A stretch of DNA of 63,276 bases, filler included, from Intoshia linei (lineage: Eukaryota > Animalia > Orthonectida), in the NCBI GenBank assembly GCA_001642005.1. It is 6 parts of 6 records of this genome, joined end to end, with 100 filler letters (N's around TTAATTAATTAA, not from the genome) between each part and the next. Parts side by side here need not be neighbours in the genome. Positions count along the whole stretch, not along the records: positions 52,434 to 60,473 come from LWCA01001491.1; positions 60,574 to 63,276 come from LWCA01002236.1; 4 more parts are not named here. One strand, written 5' to 3'. Below the pieces are notes generated by a model. It had not been told where the DNA came from. It saw nothing but the letters and a program-made list of their open reading frames with translations, and did not search any database. Both the position numbers and the translations under genes were made by a program. This document shows positions 52,434 through 63,276 of the stretch, in pieces (position 1 is the first letter of the stretch; every line of letters begins with the position of its first letter).

Positions 52434-53411
52434 ATATTTGTAAAACTTAAATTCCTGACTTGTAAACATACGAATACGTTGATAAATCAGACCATCCATG
52501 TTAATAAGTGAAAGGAAATCACTTAAGCATAGTTTGTCTACCGACATATCAAAATCACACGTGAAGAGTGGTTTAAATAATACAAAAATTAATTCCTTAA
52601 TCCGTAATAATGGTTGACGTAATCCTTAATGCGTACATGTTAGAGTTAAGTTATAAATATTGCGGATTAAGGAAATACACCATGGAGAGAAAAAATCAAT
52701 GCATAACTCCTGCAGAAAATTAATTATCATTTTTAATTCTTTATTATATCACTTGATGTAAATGCCAATTGATATTGTGTGATCTTGAAAGAGGGAAAAA
52801 CCCAAAAACAGCTAAACCAAACATTTTATTTTATTATCAAATTTATTAAAAAGTATATAATAAACTAAAATAATCAAGTTTATATTAATATTAATTTAAA
52901 AACTTTAAACGTGATACGCAACTCATCGGCACAATTTTTCCGAATTTTAATGTCAACATAATGTTTGTAGTACTAATATTAGACTAAATTTTCCTACCTC
53001 AAATAAAGATTCCAATTTGTGAAACACCCTAATGGACACACTAGTTAAGATCAAGATGACATGGTATGCGTCCCTAATGGTTACCGAATTTAAAAAAGAA
53101 TCGAATTTAATTTAAAGAATTTAAAATATAAAAAATACACGATCTGATAAAGATTTTAAAACCGTGAACATTATCATACTTTTCAATTTTATAAAAACTT
53201 ATTAGTTCACGACAAAACTACGAATTATCCTTTTTTTTTAAATTAATAAAGTTCTAAATAAAGAATTTTTAAATTTTAGGAATTTTAATTTCATAAATAA
53301 ACTGTATCATACAGACAGATATTGCAAAAATTTAATTTTACATTACATGTATATAAGTAATGGAATTAACTCAATTATTCTAATATTTATATTTATATCC
53401 CTATATTTAAG

Positions 53412-56400
53412 AATATCAATTCATTACGAATTTACGGATGAAAAAGAAAAAGCTGAACAAGAAGAAGTTGATATACGCACAATGAAAATTTTGCGTTGCC
53501 TAATACATAACGAAATAGTTAAATTACCTCTAGATTATGATATAAATGATAAAAAAATTAAAAAGTTTTATAAATTATTTACTTATTAAAGTTAATGTAT
53601 TTAGAAGAATAAAAATAATAAGTAATGTTCAAAATTCTTTAAATAAACACAAAATTTTGAATTATATATCGCAACACTTATCTAAAACCAATGAGAAAAT
53701 TGTTAACGAAGCTTTAGCTTTAATGGTGAATATGTTATATATGGGAAATCGTAATGTTCAGGTAAATTGTATATTGCCTTTATTTTTTTTAATTAAATTT
53801 GTAGATCAGTTTGGAAGAATATTTTCTAGGTTCAAATGAAGAAACGTTTTTTTTTGCCATAAAAGATTTTTTGCACCACGCAGCTATTTCAATGAAAGAA
53901 AAGTTTAAAAACGTATCATTATTTTTGATATTTATTAATATAGACGTTTGTTAATAACTCAACATCAACAAAAAATATCAAAGGCAATAGATGATGCTAT
54001 GAGATTTCAATCGGCTCTACTAACATCTAAAGAAAGTAAACTGGAATCGGTAGTGGATTTTTTTGTTATAGAGATTAAGATTTTATTGAAGTTTAATGAT
54101 TTAAGATTTCACAAATATAATTTCAAGTTTAAATCACATTCTGATTAATTTACCAGTATATAATAATTAATAATGATTAATATAATGATTAATAAACCAG
54201 TATTTTAAACTTATTTTGATCATTCCACTTTTAACTATCTGTATAACATTTTGTGTACGGTTACACTGTAACTAAATTTTTAAATTCACAAAACTGTATA
54301 ATTTCTATTATAACAATATCATGAGCAAATGGAACCTCCAAAATTAATCATATAATTGAGAATTGAATAAAAAATTTAAATAAAATTGAGGATCATATAA
54401 TTTATTTTAAAAATCAATTCATGGTTACCGCATAGCCTAACGAGATGTGGGTTCAATGCATATTAGATAATGATGTATTTTTATATTGCTGTGATCGACT
54501 GACTAGTGAACTGTATTTAATTTTATTTTATGTTTGTAAATTGCTGCTACTGTTATAATTATTATTATATATATATTATAATAAATTATTATACTTTTGT
54601 GATTTTAACTTTTTATTTAGCGACATCAATTTAAAAGGTTAGCTTCATCACTGAAGAATGGGAAGATTGAATTTAATATGCAAAAGCAATCAACTGTAAT
54701 TAAATATTAAATTCATCAATAAAATCACACACATATTAAAAATTAGAGAAACCCGAGTGCAGTGCTAAAAAACCGATTGAAAAGTACACAGCTTGGATCA
54801 AGTAAAACAGAAGGACATACTGTTAATGGTTCAAAATTAAGTCTAGTTTCTGATAGTAATAATATAATCAAAATGTACGATCAAAAATCAACTAAAAACA
54901 AAGTATTTCCAGTTGAATCAATAACTTCAGTGGCTGCAACAGTTGATGTAATATAAAAATGAATATTTTAATTGTAATATTAATACAAGATATATTCTTT
55001 GAATGAAGTCAATAGAATAATAAATATGGCTGTCGATAGCGAAAAATTTTTGAATGTTTCAAATAATGATTATGGCATTGAACTAGTTTTCAAAATATTG
55101 GGACTTATGTGTGATGGACACAATAAAATACTACAGGTTAATTATATATGTAAATGAAAATTATAGATTCAACTATATTATATTTACATGTTAATTATAA
55201 TTTATATCATCCTTAGTAAGGATTCCTTACATATAAAATTGAATTTATACAATTTATGAACTAGTGCATGTTTTCAAGGATTTTTTCTTGCAGGGTTTAA
55301 TGAAATCGATATTTTGAAGAAGTATTTAATAATACTAGTTTAAATTAATAATTAAGATTCTTGTCAATTTTCATTTAATTATCGTTTTTTGTCGTTGTTA
55401 TATTGATAATTTTAGTGAATATCCATAGATATTTATTACATCTTCTGAATAAGAGGAATGGGGAGAGAATTTTTTTATCGATGTCAGGATATTCGGAGAG
55501 ACGAATAGTTTTGTTTAAAGTTTACATTTTTTAAATGTTAATAGAAAGTAAAAATTAGATAAACAATATTATATTCTCCTTGTTTACAATTTTTAATATC
55601 ATTCAATCAAACAAACTACAGTCATATAAAAACCATTAAAGTAATATTTCATTAAATAAGATTTAGTTTTACTTTTTAATTACATTTTTGTGTATGAATG
55701 CGTTTACGCAGCTTAAAAAATATAATTTTATAGACTTTTTTCGAATAAATATTAATATTGTAAAATTGAATAAATTCTTAATATAAATAACCCGGTTTCG
55801 GCATAAAAATTTCATTTAACCATTCGTCAATTCTGTATCTAGCATGGAACGCAAATCCGAGCATATAATTTCAAAGATATCGAAAGAGGTATAAATCCTT
55901 CTATTCTAAATCAGGAGAAAACAGCGAGTGTATGATAACGTTTGAATACGATGGGTAGCCATAAATACAACTCATAGCTTTGTATATTTTCTTTAGTCGT
56001 ATTTGCTATATCTGAATGTTGTCGTGATCATGTAAAAAATGGCATTTTTCCATAAAAAACTGTCCTAATTATAATCAATTTCTAATTCCACCATATACAC
56101 AAAATCGTTTTTCACGTTTATACGTTTTAGTACTAATTATCATCAAAATTATACATCTTAATAGGGTTATTTGCGAGAACAACCAGATAATATAAAATCA
56201 GTGAATTTGATTATAGCGACGTCTCAGTTTATGAATATGCTGTATAGTAACATAAATTCTTACACAATTACAATAACCATCAATCTTGTAAATACACTTA
56301 TTGAATTTACCTCGGTAATATTTATGAAACTTATGAAAATATTGGGTTGGCAACTAAGTTCTTGCCGTTTTTGAATTATGCAATAGTTACTGGCGATGAA

Positions 56401-59400
56401 AAATGGTGCCTGTATATCAATATGAAGCAGCGCAAGGAATGGTGGTGCCAAATCAGACCAGTATAGCGGGTGTGGCAGCACCTCCCATTTGTGTCTTTGA
56501 ATAGCTTATTTGGTCATATTTGCGATATGATGGCAGGCATTGTCATGCAGTAAAAGAAAACCGTGCTGTCGATTAGGTCTCTTTTCTTGAATAGCCGTTT
56601 TGAGTCGTTTCATCTGTTGAACATAGTTTCGCATTGACTGTTTGATTTCTTTCCAGCAATTCGTAATGAATAATCGCCTCCCAGTCCCACCATACTTATA
56701 ACATTGTTTTACGCGGATGAAGATTATATTTCACGCGTGGTGTCGCCTTTTTATTGGGGTTAAACCATTCCTTGCGCTGCTTTATATTGATATACAGGCA
56801 CCAAATTTCATTGCCAGTAACTATTGCATAATTAAAAAACGACAAGAACTTAGTTTGCACCCTAATATATAGTCTATGAATCAGATCAATCTTTTAAAAA
56901 TAAAATATAGCATAAACATGTTCTACATGTAAACGGTGTATTTTTTTTTAAAGTTTCTTCCACTCATTTTCAATGATTCATTGAAATGAGATTGTTACAG
57001 TAAAACCTGTATATAATGTAACTTGTTACAATTTAAATTTTTTCTAAACAATAAATTTACAAATAATAAGGGTACAATGTAGTACATTGAATGTAAATTG
57101 TACGTAAATTGCTAAATGGCTATAAAATAGAGACCTGCATCGTGTTGAGGCGATATGTACGAACGCAACGAAAACGTTTTTTCCGAAACACGATTAAATT
57201 CAATCAAAAATTTCATATAAAATTATGAAACAGAATAATTTATAAATTAAATGATATCGATTATTAAAAAATAAGTAATCATTAAAAAAGTATTTATTCA
57301 CAATTGAAATTTACAATATAAATTAATATGTAACTATAATTCTATCTAATGTAATTCTAAGAAAATAAAAACAGAAATTAAGTTAAAGATTAGTTAGTTA
57401 AAAACTTAAAACATCAAATATTTAAATTTTGTAAACGCTATCTAAACCCGACTCAAAACACGAAATATAAATTTTTTTTAAACACGATTCGAAACGATGC
57501 AAAGTTCGTGTTAGGATCGTGTTGCATAACTCTACCATAAAATACACAATTTTACATACACCATATACATGATAGTGTTCTACTGAGATTGGTATTGGTT
57601 TTTGACATATGTAATGCTTACATTATTAATGAATTAATATTCTATTTTGATAAATTTTAAAGGGAAATTATCAAAACCAAATTTGTGTATTTGATTCTAA
57701 AATATGTGATCATATTAATTTCATTTTACGTTCTGAATTTGGAAATGTTATCAACGAGGAAAAGGTTCAATTAATTGGTTAATTAAATTTTTAATTTTAA
57801 TTATAAATTAGTATATTAAATTAATGGATGCCATAGCTACTTTAATTGTTAGTATTGTTGAGAATTATAGATCACATGCCTCCAATCGAGATAAAAGCAA
57901 ATGTTGTGTGGTAAATCTAATATAAACTGTTCAACGACTGCAGTGCCGAACTTATACCAGAGACACCTCTTGTAAGGATTAGGGCGTTTGGTGAAAATGG
58001 GACCTCATTTTTTCTAAATTGTGTATTAAAAAAATATCATTCTGGAATATCAAAACCATAGTCTGTATTAAATTTAGAATGTCTGGTAAAAAGCCTTGGA
58101 TAAGTGGCTAGGGCTATGACTACGATTAGTTTACAAAAAAATTTTATGGGACCTATTTTTCATTTTCGGTGGACTCTAGTCTGGTAGGTTCGACTCTGAA
58201 TGGGTATATGATTTTTAGTGTGTTGTTTTAAATATTTTTTTTCAAGTATGGTTAATCACGTATATGAGTTTTTCATCGTTGTGTTGTAAAAATAAATTAT
58301 TTTTGATAACTGTTTATGGAAACCATTTAAATTTCAAAAATTTTATATAAAAACTAAAATATAACTTTATTGGTTTTTATAATTTACATAAATTATACAA
58401 ATTGAATTTTTCTCGACAATGACCATATTAAAAAACTAAGTTAGGAATAATATTAACTGATAAGTTTTTAAAGTTTTAACATTTACTGAGTCATTATTGA
58501 TACATTTCTTATATATCAATATATCTGCATATATTTTTATTATATTTTCAATAAAAAAGTTTTATTAATTAATAGATTATTGAATTTTTTAAAGCAAAGA
58601 AAAGTGTTAAAACTACACACCCTATTTTACAGTCTTATTATAAATGATATTTTCTTTTTTTATTCTATAAATAGGATGTATTGGAATGTCTTGATGTTAA
58701 AACAATCATTAAAAAGGCCGTCAAATTTTATGAAAACACTATAGTAAGTGTATATAAAAATGTAGTTATATTGTTAATTAATATGATTGATATTGAAAAT
58801 TATTACCAGTACCATTCTAGCCTATTCTTACAAAACGCAACTACCCAGAAAGTTTAGCTACTTGTGCACTAAACGTTGGTTTTAAATACTTTTTTATATA
58901 TACTCGAATGGAAGAGTTACAGAATTTGGGAATAATACCCGTAAAAGGTTTTTACATCTTATTGAGAATGATAAAGTATACATTGAAATTAATAATACTG
59001 ATTAGAAAGCAGTTCATTATCTTTGGAAACAAGTTTTGCATTGGATTATTACAAAAGCAAAACAAAATCAATTGAAATTTTAGTGAATGACGAATTGGAA
59101 AGAGTACATTTTAAATGCAACGAAAGAGTTAACTTTCATTAATGTAAACTTTAATATATATAGAGTATATTGAGAGAAGATATAATGAACAAATTTAATT
59201 ATGATGTTGATCGAACATCATCTTCCAGTAAATTACGGGATTTAGTCTTATGGTCTGTCGATATAATGGAGGATATAAATTACACTAAAAAAATTCAAAA
59301 AATTCCAATAATCAGGCATTGTCTGAAATATGAGTTAGGGTTATTGGTTCATATTATATATTTATTTTAGTTATGGAATCAATATATCTATGATATTATT

Positions 59401-59475
59401 AAGTTTTTTTTATTCGATTCTTATTATTGCATCCTGGAATCAGCCATATATAGACGGCAAACCAAATTATAATAG
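53412..59475 (+). CDS. Inositol 1,4,5-trisphosphate receptor-like Ca2+ channel, internal exons only
   Basis: EALALMVNMLYMGNRNVQ; RIH-associated LGLMCDGHNKILQ|GYLREQPDNIKSVNL...TLIEFTS|GNYQNQ; SIEIL...LERVHF; VDRTSSSSKLRDL followed by the first TM helix. Both ends are cut by spacers. Confidence 0.85.
56342..56865 (-). mobile_element. Mariner-derived foldback element (mellifera-type TIR) in an ITPR-like intron
   Basis: ~102-bp inverted arms (56342-56443 and 56764-56865) and TA TSD. The arms encode IVTGDEKWCLYINMKQRKEW. The centre encodes WWDWE.IIHYELL, LLHDNA and LPHPLYWSDLAP. Confidence 0.9.
57128..57534. mobile_element. hAT MITE in an ITPR-like intron
   Basis: TAGAGACCTGCA ... TGCATAACTCTA; TSD CTATAAAA/CCATAAAA; subterminal AACACGA repeats. 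Confidence 0.75.
57941..58198. mobile_element. MITE with a related partial copy at ~16260-16415
   Basis: CAGTGCCGAAC..CCAGA and TCTGGTAGGTTCGACTCTG ends; the 3' end GGTAGGTTCGGCTCTG is shared with ~16400. Confidence 0.55.
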
Positions 59476-60473
59476 GTATTTTTATTGTAAAATGCATCAT
59501 TAACTCAATTTTTACCAATTTGCTTTGTCAATCTCCCACTCAATTTATTTATTTATACAGTATACGTTTATACATAAAGATACAAATAAAGACTATTTGT
59601 TATTGAATATTTTTTGTTGTAATAAAAATAAATAAAAAAAAAAAATAAAAATTATAAATATAATATTTATATAATGAAATAATAATTACATCAAAAAAAG
59701 TTAATACTTAAGTCATTTTTTGACCGTCAAGGCATCATTTTGTGAGATTGAAATTGCTTGTGTGTATTGACTGGATATAGCTTGATGAGCTGTATTTTTT
59801 TTAATTGATAGGACTCTTTTCATTTATTAAAAATATGCTAATCTGGGGTTTTGATCGTGATAATGCACCTTTTTGAGGTTGCAATATATGATAAAGCTAA
59901 TGATTTTAAAACTTGTCAAGGAATTTATTTTTTTTAAATTCTAGGATTGATTATATTTTTAAAAAAGGGGGAATTAGTCTTTTGAGGCTGAAGGACTCAA
60001 TTGCTGAAAATGAAACTAGCATGAAAACATCACTCTCGATAATCTGTATTAGAAATTAGGGTTTTTTAAATTCTAGAAGTGTTAATGTTTTTAATAAACG
60101 GTGCCAGACAGACATTCAATTTTATATACATGCATGTATAAGTACATTATTTTAAAATCCAATCTACAATTTCATTTCATTAATTTTTACGGTAGTAGAT
60201 AAAATAAATAATATATCTAATAAAGCGTAAAAACATATACAGTCAAAATCTCATTTAACGAATATTTCATTTAAGGAACGTCGAAATATCTGGTATTTAA
60301 CGAATTTTTGATTAACGAACGCGTAAATTCAATATTAGTTTATTTTTTTAGTAATTTTTTTAAATATTTTATGGTTTTATGGTTTTAAATATTTGTAAAT
60401 ATATGGTTTTAAGTCATGAAATCTTTTTATATATATAAAATTATAATAAATTATCAATGTAAGATATTATTAT

Positions 60474-60573
60474 NNNNNNNNNNNNNNNNNNNNNNNNNNN
60501 NNNNNNNNNNNNNNNNNTTAATTAATTAANNNNNNNNNNNNNNNNNNNNNNNNNNNNNNNNNNNNNNNNNNNN
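60474..60573. other. Assembly spacer 5
   Basis: N44-TTAATTAATTAA-N44. Confidence 0.98.
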
Positions 60574-60869
60574 AAATGTTATTCGTTTGCTTTTCTAAGG
60601 ATTCTCTGGTATTCTTGAACATTTATTCCTCCTATACACTTTATTAATACTCTTTTTCCATTTGCCCTAATACTACCCAAATCATATTTTACTGGGTATT
60701 TGTAATACTTCTACTTACATTACTTATCGTATGTGCGTTGATAAGAATTTTGTGTTTTACGTTTTCGAACGTATACTCTTCTTTTTGTAAATAATTCAAA
60801 TCAACTTTCATCAGTGAAGATTATATTTTTCCATTGGTTCGTTCGTGACACTGTTTACTTGCACCTTTT

Positions 60870-61130
60870 AAAACGGTTTTTTACTTAAAATTATTCCATA
60901 TAATCCAAATCTATATAACACGTTACACTGTCTTTAAACTAGGCTTTTTTGTAATACTGGAGTGTATTTTAATTTTTAATACTGTCAAGCAAAGGTTTTT
61001 CTTTGATTGCCTTATTATAATAGTCTCTTCTCTAGCTGTCAGTATGCGTTTTCCATCTGATCTTGGCAAGTAAGCTATGCATAAACTCTCTTTGTATTTT
61101 TTAATAATATTTTGAAACGCACATTGATAA
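60870..61130 (-). mobile_element. Tc1 transposase N-terminal fragment
   Basis: Minus strand NIIKKYKE...LPRSDGKRILTAREE..IIRQSKKN. Confidence 0.5.
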
Positions 61131-61149
61131 ATACTAAAGGTTTATAGGT

Positions 61150-62945
61150 TATAAAACCCTGACTTTATTCTTTCTTGCATAAGACACGGCATTATATCTT
61201 TTTTTGTTAATCGTAACCCCATTAAAATACAGGATAATGCGTTATCCCAATTTTCATCATGGCACACTGTACGCAATCTTTTAGGTATCGTTCTATTCAT
61301 ACGCTCAACCAACCCATTTGTTGATGTTGATGCTGGTATGGGGCAGAATGGGTTTTATGTATCTTATATAGATTACATAAACGTGACATTACATCGCCTT
61401 CAAACTGTTGAGCCATATCAAAATGGATTATTTTTGGTGATCCAAACTTGCAAATGATGTGAGCCAATATGGCATCCGAGATTGAAACAGCATCAATATG
61501 TGCTAAAGGGGCGGTTCCACCCACCCTGAGAAATGATCCACCATAACTAAGATGTAACAATTAGAATTTACTGTTTCGGGTAACGGACTTAGAACGTCTA
61601 CCTGCCATAAATCATTAAAATAATTGGATTCCACGTGTGTCAAAGGTTTACAACGATTATGGTTTCTGTGTTTGTTAGTATTACAATCCGTACATTTAGT
61701 TATATAGTGTTTAATATCACGATACATATACGGCCAAAAAAATGTGGTACGAATATTAGAAAATGTTTTTTGTAGTCCAGGATGACAAAATGCCTGTGAC
61801 TCATGATAAAATTGAATTATAATTAGTATGTTGGCTTCCGTTACTAAAATAAGTGAGATTTTTTTACGACGAAGATATACTATTTGATTGTTTACATAAA
61901 TATTCAAATTTTTTCCAAGGATTAAATAACAACATTGTTTCACCATGTAAGATTTATTGAAGATATATGTTATTTTGAATTTGAGGAATATCTAAACCTG
62001 TATATTTTATAGCATCACATCCTTATTTCCAGTACGAGATAATAAATCCTCTGTATAATTTACCAGGACGATATTCTAATGAATAATCAAATTCATCCAG
62101 TTTTAACATTCAACGTATCAATTTCGGTGAAAGATTTTGAGACTTCCTCTGGTGATGTATCGGATTATGATTTGTAATTATAGTCACATGCCACTTTAAA
62201 ATATACTGTCTAAACTTCTGTAAATTTTTTAGTGTAACAAACTTTTTATTGATACAATTAACTTGAGAACCAGTATCTAACATAAAATTTAAACGAACCT
62301 TGTCACTCATATGGTCAAAAGACAATTCCTCAACAATATTTTCCTGATTATAAATTGCATTAACATTGACATTCGTATTGATTGAAATTTGTTTCTTTGA
62401 TTTGGCACTTTACGTGAAATATAAGTTTATTACAATTGTAACTTTTCATTGGTTAATTGACTTGCTGAGACTTATGTACTTCAATGATGCCACTATATTT
62501 CAAGCAAATATATTTGCAATCACTCCATTTCAACAAATCCTGCAAAAATAATTCTGTTTCAATTTTGCTACAATTGATACCAAAGCATAATTGATCACGC
62601 AGTCGTTCATTAATATCCTTAAATTCACATTGCCGTGAAACCTTATGGAGACGGCAAATATAATGTTCAATGCGTTCATGGGGATATCGTTCCGTTTTTT
62701 GAAAATTCTTTTGATTTAATGAAACGTTAACTGATTCTCATTTGAGAACCTCAGTTTTATAACTCGTGTATTGGATTTTACATTTGATTCCTCTAAACGT
62801 CTCCGAGCCTCTTTACCGATTAAATCTTTGAATAAAATGAATTGCTTATCCATATCCATTTTGGTGTCGCTTTTGGAATTCCATTGCACGATTAATTCAA
62901 AGTTTTCAATCCACTCGGTTGGCGTTATCGAAAATTCGCCATTAG
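61150..62945 (-). mobile_element. Degenerate Ty3/Gypsy LTR-retrotransposon internal region
   Basis: gag (TEWIENFELI); protease FMLDTGSQVNCI; RNase H tail LDEFDYSLEYRPGK; integrase HHCC (HES..CHPG..FFWP..CTDC) and core WQVDV...LVMVDHFSGWVE. Confidence 0.9.
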
Positions 62946-63276
62946 CATCAAATAATTATAATTTATTAAGTTTATATATGTATTATGTAAACTTAACAAT
63001 AAATAATAACTATGTGTACAACACATTACATTCAGATATCCATTTTTGGTTAAGTAGAGTTTTAACAATTTATTTAATTAATACGGTGTCATATAATTAA
63101 TCATATTATTATGGCCTACTGTTGTATATGACATTTACGAGTTAAAACATTATCGTGTAATCAATAAAGTACAATTATCCTCTATTCGTCTTGGATACTA
63201 CATCTTCCCCACCATAGAGACTTTCCCTTATCAGGGTGTATCGAGAATATAATCAGATAGGTATTTAGGCTTTTTA

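Overview
AT-rich, gene-dense eukaryotic DNA with many 34-50 bp GT-AG introns. The gene set (Zic, CaMKII, Integrator) indicates an animal. A highly reduced bilaterian such as the orthonectid Intoshia would fit, but that is inference only. The window comprises six contigs joined by artificial 100-bp spacers (N44-TTAATTAATTAA-N44). Host genes recognised from motifs: TMEM145, NUP35, INTS9, HSP110/HSPA4, ATG4, AP-1 sigma, SAC1, a zinc-finger-only Zic, SF3A1 and a short RELCH-like gene, plus partial ZnT/SLC30, CaMKII and IP3-receptor-like genes. Most large introns and intergenic spaces hold DNA-transposon relics (hAT, Tc1/mariner, pogo, Chapaev3-like), many with TIRs and TSDs, and there is a Gypsy relic at the end. 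Main discovery: the 3.4-kb intron of SF3A1 contains a decayed endogenous rhabdovirus-like L-polymerase gene (DYILNSPLINDD, GDNGYEVIKKIKPLCN, GCYRHWGHPFIDY). It is joined directly, in the same orientation, to a Ty3/Gypsy protease-RT fragment. This looks like a fossil RNA-virus/retrotransposon recombinant, lying antisense within an essential spliceosomal gene. All homology calls come from manual translation and recalled family motifs; no searches were run.
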